A stretch of DNA of 63,873 nt, filler included, from Phoronis australis (lineage: Eukaryota; Animalia; Phoronida), in NCBI GenBank assembly GCA_002633005.1. It is 8 parts of 8 records of this genome, joined end to end, with 100 filler letters (N's around TTAATTAATTAA, not from the genome) between each part and the next. Parts side by side here need not be neighbours in the genome. Positions count along the whole stretch, not along the records: positions 11,569 to 33,352 come from NMRA01000814.1; positions 33,453 to 36,454 come from NMRA01003286.1; 6 more parts are not named here. One strand, given 5' to 3'. Below, piece after piece: positions 24,477 through 36,353 of this stretch. A program made the translations under genes and the position numbers. A model generated the notes under the pieces. That model saw only the letters and a list, made by a program, of their open reading frames with translations. It searched no databases and was not told where the DNA came from. Within the stretch, counting starts at the first letter, position 1. Every line of letters begins with the position of its first letter.

Positions 24477-24953
24477 TTGTTTGTTACTACTTTAAGTAAT
24501 TTATATTAACTTGTGTCATACTGGTGTGGGATTCATTATCTCTGTTGCTTTATCAAGATAGCAGTTTTACTGGGACTACTTCAATAAGTTCTTGGCTAAA
24601 TGAGCTAAATATCTTTATGGAAATGTCGGACAGAATGAACAAACAGAATTTTCGTGTCGCGGTGCTTTCCATGAGAATCACTGTTTTTGGAAGAAAATAA
24701 GCAGGTTATTTGATTGAAACATTGGGGCTGGTTGTGGTCAAGAATTCTAAAAACATAAGGTAAGTTTCATAATTTTTATTTGAAGAAAGGCAACTCTTAG
24801 TTTTGAAGATAGATAGCTTGAGATGCACAGCAACTGTTCTCAGGTGCCCAAGTATTTAATTTTGATTTTGTCCTTTTCAGACTCTATGGCTTGAGATGCA
24901 CAGCAACTGTTCTCAGGTGCCCAAGTATTTAGTTTTCATTTTGTCCTTTTCAG

Positions 24954-25074
24954 ACTCTATGGCTTCAAAATCCATCCTCTAGCATATCAACTTCAGTATC
25001 AGGCTTCATCTAGAAATCGGACATCCAACATGGCACGACCACGAACCTCGGCTAAATCTCCAGTCTACAAGTAG
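24954..25074 (+). CDS. CSNK2B: Casein kinase II beta terminal exon variant B (distal)
   Basis: ccttttcag acceptor, phase 2; [39 protein letters not shown]. Too short to appear in the ORF track. Confidence 0.88.
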
Positions 25075-25240
25075 AAGCACTTGTTGACTGTGAACAAACA
25101 TGGATTGCTCTGTGCGAGTCATTCTAGCTGCGATTTAAGACACTTGGTTGCTCAGTAACAAGTGATATATGTGCATTGTGAATAACATGTGGTGTACATG
25201 TTCACTACACTCTTATTAATATTGCAGGTTTGAATTGTAA

Positions 25241-25619
25241 AAAGGGATGGATGGAACAACTATTGAGTATTGAGATCTCGTCACTATTAGTTAAAGGGAT
25301 GGATGGAACAACTATTGAGTATTGAGATCTCGTCACTATTAGTTAAAGGGATGGATGGAACAACTATTGAGTATTGAGATCTCGTCACTATTAGTTAAAG
25401 GGATGGATGGAACAACTATTGAGTATTGAGATCTCGTCACTATTAGTTAAAGGGATGGATGGAACAACTATTGAGTATTGAGATCTCGTCACTATTAGTT
25501 AAAGGGATGGATGGAACAACTATTGAGTATTGAGATCTCGTCACTATTAGTTAAAGGGATGGATGGAACAACTATTGAGTATTGAGATCTCGTCACTATT
25601 AGTTAAAGGGATGGATGGA
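25241..25619. repeat. 52-bp perfect minisatellite, about 7 copies
   Basis: AAAGGGATGGATGGAACAACTATTGAGTATTGAGATCTCGTCACTATTAGTT. Confidence 0.95.
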
Positions 25620-25620
25620 N

Positions 25621-26003
25621 AAATTACTCATGACTAGTAGTGCAGCCAAATTACTCATGACTAGTAGTGCAGCCAAATTACTCATGACTAGTAGTGCAGC
25701 CAAATTACTCATGACTAGTAGTGCAGCCAAATTACTCATGACTAGTAGTGCAGCCAAATTACTCATGACTAGTAGTGCAGCCAAATTACTCATGACTAGT
25801 AGTGCAGCCAAATTACTCATGACTAGTAGTGCAGCCAAATTACTCATGACTAGTAGTGCAGCCAAATTACTCATGACTAGTAGTGCAGCCAAATTACTCA
25901 TGACTAGTAGTGCAGCCAAATTACTCATGACTAGTAGTGCAGCCAAATTACTCATGACTAGTAGTGCAGCCAAATTACTCATGACTAGTAGTGCAGCCAA
26001 ATT
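25621..26003. repeat. 27-bp perfect minisatellite x14
   Basis: AAATTACTCATGACTAGTAGTGCAGCC; explains the repetitive ORFs on both strands. Confidence 0.95.
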
Positions 26004-26098
26004 CCAAATACAGAATGGTGGAGCCACTTTAACTTATCTGTCGATTGCCCTTCATTAGAGAAGACTGCATAGAAGCTGTCATATTGAGTTTAAGGTCA

Positions 26099-27952
26099 TT
26101 TTTTATGCGCCCACATATTATATGTGGTCGCATATTGCCGTCATCTCTGTCTGGGCGTCCGGCGTCCTCAGCTGTATCTCCTAAACCTCTCACAGGATCT
26201 TGATGAGATTTGGCAGGTGTGCTCGTACGAAGCTGACGACGGACGACGAATTTCGGACTATAGGTCATTAGCCGTGGAAGTACGTAGTCCAGTCAACAGA
26301 TCAACACGTGCATACTCACAACCTGTTTCGTTTTTCTTTCCTTTGACTTTGGTTCATGCCAAGGCCTAGCTAGCTGTATGATACAACTAGGTACCAGTAG
26401 CATTGTGTGTTGAGCTCCGTTAGACTCCGAAATTTCACATAGCCGGGGTAGTTTTGCTTGTCGTGTGGTCCCGAAACTTATATCAACATGTAGAGCTCTA
26501 AACCGGCAAGGGAGCGTGCAAATATCTGGGTGTCAACCGACACTCATCTTGCCCGCTGGAGCCATTTAAGTGAAAAACAATCTAGTAAACTTTATTTTAT
26601 TTCATAATTCTCAGCCTTTGTAACAAAGAAAACAGTACGCTCAACACACGCTATTTCCTAAAATTTTGCGACGTGTCGGGAAATGATGACTGCTTGGCAG
26701 GAGCAAAATTTTTTATGAAATTCGGTTTCCTGGTATTAAAACTTGTAAGGAAATGAAATCAGCTCTAGTAATTTGTTGTGACATGTACACAACTTTGAAG
26801 AACAGTTTGATCACCTGTTATACTTGGAAGAACAACTCGGGGAATGAAACTGGCCAATAAGGCAACAGGTAAATGCGTCGAAAGCCAACTTTAAAGAGCG
26901 CACCCAAATTTTAGCAGCAGAGTGAATGGCAGAATGCCAATTTTTTCAACACCATTCAATAATTTAGTTTACTCAAGGAACAGTGTAATTTTTGATGACA
27001 CTAATTTTGTGTCAGATTTTATTTGATCACTTTTTACCCACGTCAGTGCAACGGCCGCCGTATATTTACTATGCAGCTTGCACCAAGGCAAGGGGGCCCT
27101 TTCCTGGCCCGTGCCAAGAACGGCATCGTTCCACTAATAGTCAACACTACACGGCAGTAAACTTGTATTATGAACTTTTAAGAGCCGAGATCGCAGACGA
27201 ATTATACACATTAAGCACAGTTCTGTAACCGAGAGGCATTCACCCAATGAGCTATATACATAATAAGATTGATTTATCTTATTGCCGTCGCACACAGTAC
27301 AGCCTCAGTGACGTCAGATGTGCGTTAGCTAATAGGAATTAACATTGGAAGAACGCTTTTTTACAAAAATGTGAAAGAGTAACTAAGATGTGAGTTCTGA
27401 TATAGACTTTATTCATCAATTAAATTGCATTAAAGATGCATGTTATTGTACTTCAGGAACCTTATAAAATTTGGCAGTTCGACATCTATTAGTGAGGTGA
27501 CGCTGTCATTCGGTTTTCGGTAAAATTTAAGGCATTTTGTGCCACGTTGTGGCCATTTTTTCTGTTGTAGAGTCTTGTTATTTGGCATCTGCCCCTCTAA
27601 GGATCGTTGTGGAAATTGGCATTTATGTTCCTAATGTGAAGAGGAAGTCTGACGATGATTTACCGATGACGTTATCTACTTTGGTGCCTCATAGTGGCAG
27701 TTATGTTTTTTGCGCTTAGAACCTTTTAGTGGCAATTTCATTTTTTCGTTTTCCATTTTTCTCAGACGTTCCTTGACGGATTTTTATGAATTTTGGTAAA
27801 TAGCTTTGATGACACATACAAGTTCTTGGATGGATTCGACATATTTTACGCCATCTAGTTGCCATTTTAATGTTCCAAGTAAACACCCCTAGAAGCACAC
27901 CATTAGCGGTGCATTCGTGGGTGCATTTCAACGCTCTGGGTTGCTCTTGTTT
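26099..27952 (-). mobile_element. DINE-1/Helentron-like element, inverted, with nested insertion(s)
   Basis: TTTTTATGCGCCCACATA..TATGTGG at the left, GTGGGTGCAT...CTCTTGTT at the right; homologous to 31725-33002. Confidence 0.6.
26420..27045 (+). repeat. Unclassified dispersed repeat (second copy at about 55255-56025)
   Basis: Shared blocks such as GAAACTTATATCAACATGTAGAG, CCGACACTCA.CTTGCCCG, GCCATTTAAGTGAAAAA and AATTTTGTGTCAGATTTTATTTG. Confidence 0.75.
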
Positions 27953-28444
27953 AAAAGTTTTGTGATTGTTCTGCATCTCCAATGTTTGTTCAGTTTGAGA
28001 ACGTTGTGTCGTAATGCTTGAGATTGTTTAGAGAAAACTACGTTGAAGGGACAGGGCCCTGGAACTAGCATCTTTTAATGTACATGTATGTGAGACTATC
28101 ACATTAACTTGGTAGTCGTCTCAAAAATTTAGTTTTTATAATGTAATGGCATTAAATTATTCAAAACATTTCTCATGGTACTAATTTTAAGATTACACGA
28201 TGCCTGTGTCACTTGTCATTTGTATCTAGAACTATTTAAAACTTGTACATAATATAACCCTTTAGTCTCTATAGCGTGCATTGTCGTATGAGGTACTGCA
28301 GTTGTATGGATTTATTAGTGGTCATCCAAAATATTCACTCTGTCAATGAAAATCTTGTCCCTGTTGGTGATACAAATACATAGCTTATCATGTAAAGACT
28401 CCCAAAATACAAAATACGGGATTGTACAGAATGTTTTTGTCGTG

Positions 28445-28572
28445 TCTTCTGTTGTCTACACTTGATGTACAGCCTTGGATACTGTTGTATCTTCTGTTGT
28501 CTACACTTGATGTACAGCCTTGGATACTGTTGTATCTTCTGTTGTCTACACTTGATGTACAGCCTTGGATAC
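28445..28572. repeat. 45-bp minisatellite, about 3 copies
   Basis: TCTTCTGTTGTCTACACTTGATGTACAGCCTTGGATACTGTTGTA. Confidence 0.9.
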
Positions 28573-29039
28573 AAATATATAGAAGTATTGTTAGTAACGC
28601 TGGAAGTCTTACTTTGTGACTACAGTACGTGACTTAAGTATTCAGACAAAATGTTTGACATTCCCCGTCAATTCATCACCTGACAGGGAATAATTAAAGG
28701 GGAATTGATGGGAAAGTAGCATTGTTTAACCATTCATCAATTAGAATGTTGTCACAATAGTCATTGTCCCTCATGATGGGTAAAGGTGTACTGGACTATG
28801 TGATGTAACATCAAGCTGTGTGTTGCACCACTAGATTGTGTTATGCAACGCTAGATTTTGTGATGTGGCACCAAGCTGTGTGATGTAACCCTAGATTCTT
28901 GCGAATTTGTCCTGAGCAAGCAAGTTTTTGCAAGATACAGCCGTGTATTACACGCTAAGCATATGATCTCATTAGATAGTTCATGACTTTAGGAAATGGG
29001 AAAGTGGTCTAGCTACGACAAGAGATTAGGATTCTCGTA

Positions 29040-29895
29040 CAATTTGGTATATAGGCACCTAGTAGTGAGATGACGCTATCCTCCCGTCTTCAGATGGATT
29101 TTACATGGTTTGCGCCACCTAGTGGCCATTTTTACTGTTTGCAAGTCTGTTATTTTGCATCCACCCCTCTATCAACAAAACCGCTCAAAGGATGATTGTG
29201 AAAATTGGCGGCGTGTATGTTCTTACTATAAAGTGGACGGCTGACGATGATTTTCCGACGACTTCGACTACTGTGGTGCCTCCTAGTGGCAGTTTTGTTT
29301 TTGTAGCGCCTATTGCTGTATCCCCTAAACCATTCGCAGGATCTTTCCTAAATTTAGTAAGTGTATTGATATGTTATTAATGAAGACGACGACTTTCAGA
29401 TGCACGTGACTACTGTTGTGCCACCTAGTGGCCATTTTTACTGCTTTCATGTCTGTTTTTTTGACTTCCACTGACCAAATGGCTTTCAGGATAATTTGCA
29501 TGTATGTTTTTACTATGAAGTGTACGGCTGACGACGATTTTCCGACGAGTTTGACTACACTGTGGCACCTCCTAGTGGCAGTTTTTTTTGTGCTCATGGC
29601 GGCTGTATCCGAACCATTTGCAGGATCTTTACTTAATTTTGCAAGTGTATTTATATGATGTTGACAGATAACGACGACGAACGCTTTCGGATGGATCTGA
29701 CTTCAGGTGTGCCCCCTAGTGGCAATTTTAGTTTTTTACATTTACCAGTCTGTATCTTCTAAGGTCCTCAACAGATTTTCATAAAATTTTGAATATAGGC
29801 ATCTATTGGTGAGATGACTCTATCATCCTGTTTTTGGATGGAATCGATGTATTTTGCATCACCTGGTGGCCATTTTTGCTGTTTTCAAATCTTGA
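29040..29895 (-). mobile_element. Internal fragment of the same Helentron-like family
   Basis: Reverse-complement similarity to 32200-32760. Confidence 0.65.
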
Positions 29896-30655
29896 TCCCA
29901 AGGGAACATTGATTGATTGTGGACTATGAAACTACAGAAACACCTCAACAGATGTGCTAGCCCAACTAGATTGATTGTGGACTATGAAACTATAGACAGA
30001 TTTCAACAGATGTATGAGCCCAACTAGCTTGATTGTGGGCTATGCAACAAAAGAAGCACGCTTAGTAGCTCAATTCAAGATCTCACAAGTCTACATCGGG
30101 ATATGAAGGCACAATTTCCAACCATCTGACAAGAGACTTGCAAAACAATAACGCATTGGTAGAAAACCCTGCACAATGCTACTCAGTGGAAAAACGCCAC
30201 CAGGGGGAGGCACGAATCATTGATCCCAAGGGACCAGCCATTATAAACATTTTGACGACTTGAAGGAGTAGAACAAAAAATATATAACATTGGGGAAGAA
30301 AAATCATTTTTATTACAATTCAATGACATTGCAGGAATAATTTCCGTCTGTTAACTAACCTTTAATGATTAATTGCACAGCAACTTCAGAAGAAAAATGA
30401 CTTCATTAATATGAGAACCATATATTTTTACTAAGAAGATCGCATAGCATGAACAGCACTCATCTAACATCTCACAAAGTCTTCCAGCATGTTACCCATG
30501 CCTTATGGTTACTTATAAGAGAAGTATACAGTTTTACAATTATGCAAACACATGGAACTGAATAAGATACACATCACAGAACCAGAATGCTGTAGCACTA
30601 AAGTTCAACAGCCTCTTCCATGGGATGCCTAAAGAATTTCAAATCTTAGTTAATT

Positions 30656-30876
30656 TTATGCAGTGCGTAAAATGATGTGTATTCCTGAGTCTGTAAAGAT
30701 GGGCTCACTCAGCTGGTTGACCTCCAAGGCGAATGTGGCATCTTCGAAGGGCTTCTGCATTTGCCCGCGACCAAAGAATCCCAAATCCCCACCTTTCTGG
30801 GCTGACCCACAGTCGCTGTTGATTTTGGCCAGATCTGCTAATGTTGCCTCACCCGAGACAATCTTTTGACGAAAAC
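30656..30876 (-). CDS. PIN1: PIN1 terminal exon
   Basis: aacag acceptor; [72 protein letters not shown]; minus-strand AATAAA at 30309-30314. Confidence 0.96.
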
Positions 30877-31419
30877 CTGTTAACGTACATGAAGGATGTA
30901 GAACTTCAACTAAGTCACAAGCTGTACGAACAAAGCAAAGCTGATTTTAAAAAAAACGCTTGAATCTTGGCATGAATGTTTTAATCTCAGCTGCAGATTG
31001 AACAGCTGAAAACGGGACTGTGATAGGAATTTCTGCAAACAATCACCCCTACTTTATGCCTGTTCAGGCATATGTGCAGTACTGTATTGGCGTGCCATTA
31101 GGCCCACAGGCAGAACTGGCTTATATGAGAAACTTAGCCACATGGCCTAATATAGGAACCACATAGTAAAAAAGGACAAAAAAGGCAAGACAAAAGTTTA
31201 GCAAAAATTTCTTGAAAATACACCAAGGAACTCCAGTGATGCAAAAGCAAAAAAAATGTCTTTAGAAGACACAGCAGTAGTCAAAACAGGTGCACTTGTA
31301 TGCAAATAAAATTAATTCATGAGCTTATGCAGGGGACATTGCCTACTTCGGCTTATATACCAAATTTAGGTGCATACACCAAAATGCAAACCACTTAGGT
31401 GTAAAAATGATGTGAAAAA

Positions 31420-31683
31420 AGGTGTTATTGCGGATATAGGCACATGGGCCTGAAAGTGCAGCAATGCGGTATACCTCAGGAAACTAGGTGTTACTGCGGA
31501 TATAGGCACATGGGCCTGAAAGTGCAGCAATGCGGTATACCTCAGGAAACTAGGTGTTACTGTGGATATAGGCACATGGGCCTGAAAGTGCAGCAATGCG
31601 GTATACCTCAGGAAACTAGGTGTTATTGCGGATATAGGCACATGGGCCTGAAAGTGTAGCAATGCGGTATACCTCAGGAAACT
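31420..31683. repeat. 66-bp minisatellite x4
   Basis: AGGTGTTA(T/C)TGCGGATATAGGCACATGGGCC...CTCAGGAAACT. Confidence 0.95.
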
Positions 31684-31724
31684 TTTGGTAACAAACATGA
31701 TCAATTTTTTTAACAGACATTTAA

Positions 31725-33002
31725 AACAAGAGCAACGCGGAGCATTGAAATGCACCCACGAATGCATCGCAAATGGTGTGCTTTTAGGGTTATTTATTTG
31801 TACCATAAAAATGACCACTGGCGCAAAAACTTACAATCCATCCAAAAACGGGAAAATGCCATATTTCATAAAAATCTGTCAAGGAACTTCAGAGAAACAA
31901 AGGAAACCAGAATAAAATGAAATTGCCACTTAAGTGGGCACAGCGCCCGTTGGATCTGCCTGAAAGTCGTCGTCAACTGTTGTTATATTCATTATAAATA
32001 CACTCACTAAATTTATTGAAGATCCTGCAGTTGGCTTAGGAGATACAGCTATGGACGCAAAACAAAACTACCACTACAAGGTGCCACAGTAGTCAGTCGC
32101 CATCATCAAACGTCCCCTTCACGCTGAGAACATATATGCCAATTTTTAAAATCATCCTAAGAATGATTTGGTTGATAGACGGGTGGATGCCAAAAACAAG
32201 ATTCGAAAACAGCAAAAATGGCCACCAGGTATTGCAAAATATCTTGATTCCATCCAAAACCAGGAGGATAGCGTCACCTCACCATTAGATGCCTATATTC
32301 AAAATTTTATGAGCAACTGTTGAGGACCTTTGAACATACAGAGCTAAATGTAAAAACTTAAATTGCCACTAGGGGGTACACCAGAAGTCAGATCTGTCTG
32401 GAAGTCGTCGTCGTTCGTAGTCAACATCATATCAATACACTTGTTAAATTAAGTAAAAATCTTGCGAACAGTTTAGGAGATACAGGCATAGGCGTGAAAA
32501 AAACTACCACTAGGAGGCGTCAAAGTAGTGGAAGCCATCGGATAATCATCATCAGCCGTCCACTTCATAGTAAGCACATACATGCCAATTTTCACAATCA
32601 TTCTTTGAGTGGTTTGGTTGATACAGGGGTGGACGCAAAAAACAGACTCGAAAACAGTAAAAATGGCCACTAGGTGGTGCAAATTACGTCGCATCCATCT
32701 GAAAAAGTGAGGATAGTGTCATCTCACTAATAGGTGCCTACATACGGAATTTTATGAAAATCCGTTGAGGACTTTTGAAGAAACAGAGGTAAATGTAAAA
32801 ACTAAAGTTGCCATTAGGTGACACACTGGTAGTCAAATCCGTCCGAAAGTTTGATCATGCCATCCCATCCACAAAAGGAACGTATGTGCAAAATTTCATG
32901 AACATACGTCAAGGGGTTTTGGAGATAGAGCAGTGGACGTCGGACACCGGACGAAGATGATGGCATAATGCGTCCACATACAAATATGTGGGTGCATAAA
33001 AA
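31725..33002 (+). mobile_element. DINE-1/Helentron-like non-autonomous element (full length) in the PIN1 intron
   Basis: Starts AACAAGAG, ends GCATAAAAA; asymmetric subterminal inverted repeat ATGCACCCAC/GTGGGTGCAT; terminal hairpin CCACATA..TATGTGG; internal tandem blocks. Confidence 0.7.
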
Positions 33003-33259
33003 TTGAATTGACCCAGTAACTGTTAACCACTACAGACTCTGAATCGTAAAAATCTGCGTACTACTAATCAAAACCAAAATAAGCAGAAATAAACACATTC
33101 TCCAACGTCTACAATTTCTGCGAAAAAAAGCATAACCCAGTTTGCAAATTTCACCACAAGTATGAAAACACATTTATCTATAGAATTAGAAACTGAAGGC
33201 CAAGAACAAGAAGAGATATTAAGCCATGCCTCAGCATGTGTCTTTATTATTCTATTCAC

Positions 33260-33352
33260 CTTTTAAGATCTCCAGTGCCTCATCCTTGGTACGCGTAATA
33301 TTAGGCTCCCTCCATGACGCTGGTCGCCGTGAATCCCGGTGCTTGACAAGCA
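33260..33352 (-). CDS. PIN1: Peptidyl-prolyl isomerase PIN1, penultimate exon (5' part lost in gap)
   Basis: [30 protein letters not shown], the parvulin phosphate-binding loop; gtgaat donor, phase 1. Confidence 0.95.
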
Positions 33353-34995
33353 NNNNNNNNNNNNNNNNNNNNNNNNNNNNNNNNNNNNNNNNNNNNTTAA
33401 TTAATTAANNNNNNNNNNNNNNNNNNNNNNNNNNNNNNNNNNNNNNNNNNNNGTAGCCTACAGACTTTTTGACGTCGAATTCTGACTAACATTACGAGGG
33501 TATTGACTGTGCAAGACATGAGATTGAGGGAAAACAAAGGCTCGAATGTCAGGAACATTTATGATAAAGATGGGATTCGTTTTACCAAGACACTTTATTG
33601 CCTTTATTCAGACTGTCGGCTTCGTGGAAAACTGTACGTTCCTTCTGAAATCTTTACCTCCTTGTTAGTTTTTGGACTTAGTCAACATTGTCATCTCTAG
33701 TGTGAATGTCACATTCTTTTTGAGTAAAATGATACCGCTTACTGTTTGAAACACGTCTATTTAGACTTCCATTTAAAGTTATTGAATAAACGAAATGGTC
33801 TTTGTTTTAGCAATGACGCTTTTATTCCACTTCACTGTACTATGTTATGGCATGGGTGGATACACCACTGCAGAAATTAAACTACGCTAATGTTCAGTTT
33901 AAAATTTTTTCTTTGAAACAATTACTTAAAGCGGTGGTAAGTCAGACAGAATTTGCTTCTTTGCACTATTATTCCTATCTATATCATTAGATTTTGCACT
34001 TTCTATTATTTCCATCTGCCGTTACTTGATTTTACGCAAATTTGTAATCAATGTTATTCCAGTCAAAACTATTTTTAATTTTCCACAAATTTCCCGTCTA
34101 TATCATTATTCCCTAGAATTTGCTGTTTTGCATTATTATTCCCTTCTATATCATTATTGGGTTTTACCTAAATTTGTAATCAATATTATTATTCCAGTCT
34201 ATACTATGTTTAAATTTCCACAAATTTGCCGTCTATACCATTATTCCATTCTATACTATTAATTTTTTCCGACAAATTTCCGGTCTATACTATTATTCTA
34301 ATTTTCTAGTGGAAAAATGTTGGGTCTATACTATTATTCTACTTTTCTAGTGGCAAAATNAGTCTATACTATGTTTAAATTTCCACAAATTTGCCGTCTA
34401 TACCATTATTCCATTCTATACTATTATTAATTTTTTCCGAAAAATTTCCGGTCTATACTATTATTCTACTTTTCTAGTGGCAAAAATGTTGGGTCTATAC
34501 TACTATTAGAGTCTCTACTATTATTAAAAATCGTGAAATTTTCCAGTCTATACTACTATTGCTGTCTCTACTACTATTCGGAACTCCAGAGTATTATAAA
34601 TATAACTGGACCCGTTGCGATGGGTCCAGTTATATTTATATAAATAGACCCATCCTGGCGGGTCAAGATATATAATAACTGGAGCCATCACGACGGGTCC
34701 AGTTATATTCATATAGATAGACCCATTCCACATTTGGTGTACCCAGTTACAAACAGAGACTTTGCTGATCAACCTTTACTGACAGGTGTGCCCAGCTATA
34801 ATCATATTTTATGTGGAAACACTATATTTATGTGGGTGTCCCCATTTTTGTCCATGAAAAGCGAACTTTTATTAGATAAGAAAAGTTCAAATTAAATAAG
34901 AAGCTGTTAAAAGTAATCAGACAAACAGATAAACTATCATTTCCGCGGCATGATGGATATAATTCTGTCAACAGCAAAAATGATTCGGTTAATAT

Positions 34996-35138
34996 CCATT
35001 CTGACAGCAAAGTCCAAACCATTCTGACAGCAAAGTCCTAACCATTCTGACAGCAAAGTTCAAACCATTCTGACAGCAAAGTTCAAACCATTCTGACAGC
35101 AAAGTCCAAACCAGTCTGACAGCAGAGTCCAAACCATT
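34996..35138. repeat. 22-bp minisatellite, about 6.5 copies
   Basis: CCATTCTGACAGCAAAGT(C/T)CAAA. Confidence 0.9.
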
Positions 35139-35552
35139 TTACTAATTTCTTGTTAATTCACCTTCACAATGAATTCAACTTCCACCCACTTGTCATGACG
35201 CACAATTACCATTCATTTTCAGGCGCATACTTTACGATGCGGAAAAGTCCAGTGAATCAAAGCCCAACAACTGTTTGATACAAACAATACTAGAAGTAAA
35301 AAACGATGCATTTTTTAAAAGAATTTTGACAAAATTAATTCAACTTGTCCAATACACTGCATGCTAAATTCCAGTAAAGCAACAAAATGTGACCATTCTT
35401 CACTCATTTCACACAAAAATAATAGCCCAAATTAGTGATGAAATAATTGGGAACTTTATAAAACAGCATTTCTTAACATCTGCACGCTATCAAAACATAC
35501 CATGTAATAGGACTACTCTGTTCCATGAGATTACATTACAGTCAAAACATAC

Positions 35553-35643
35553 CATGTAATAGGACTACTCTGTTCCATGAGATTACATTACAGTCAACTT
35601 TCCTGTCAGAGAATAATAACGTCGTCTTCACATACTGTAGCAA
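35553..35643 (-). CDS. TRIP13: TRIP13/PCH2 exon preceding Walker A
   Basis: tttcag acceptor, gtatgt donor; 91 nt; LLQYVKTTLLFSDRKVDCNVISWNRVVLLH(G). Confidence 0.93.
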
Positions 35644-36353
35644 CTGAAATTAGATGGAAACAGAAATGTCTAAATGAGTGACCACCATTAGAATCTTATG
35701 AGCAATTTTCAACAAACATAAACATTTTTTGACCTCAAGCAAAGGCCTCGGGTAATGAGCAGAGGGGTTTTAAAGGGGACAAAGGGGCATCGATGCAAAA
35801 GTTGACCAACAAGGGGCCTGCACCACTTTTCTGGAGATTTTATGCGAGTAAGGCGAAATATGACTTAGCTAAAGGGCAGAGAAAACAAACCATAACAACC
35901 ATTCCATGGAACTTTGTCCAAGTTTAGTGCATTTTGGAAATTTCATATAATGATTATAATGCAGTTCAAAGTTCATTATGTATTATTTAAATTTCAACAT
36001 TTTCTGACATCAAAGAGACATGGACAAACATGCACTTGGTAGTTTAAGATGCGTTGTAAGATGTCAGTTTGTCAACCAAGAGAAAAGTCTGGTAAATCCT
36101 TCAGCAATCAACTTGGAATATTTCTACAGTACTAATAAAAGATGAGAAATAAATATTGACAACTTGCCATTACTTTCCAAAGTACAGGAAAAGCAAAATG
36201 CTACTGAGAGAACTGCCCTTGGGACTTGGTTTCTGAAAGCGCCCACACGCAAACATAACATACGTGAGTGGAAATACTATATGAGTGTTCAAAATGCCCT
36301 CAAAATCAGCACAACGCATTCACTAGTGAATGCAAGAATATACTAACACTTAC

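Noticed and set aside
25241-25619. Regular repeat arrays as CRISPR candidates (also 57180-57484, 60400-61600)
   Set aside because: Head-to-tail repeats with no unique spacers, no cas genes and a eukaryotic context.
25599-26058. Long repetitive ORFs on both strands (SNLAALLVM / KLLMTSSAA)
   Set aside because: By-product of a stop-free 27-bp perfect minisatellite; no splice or homology support.
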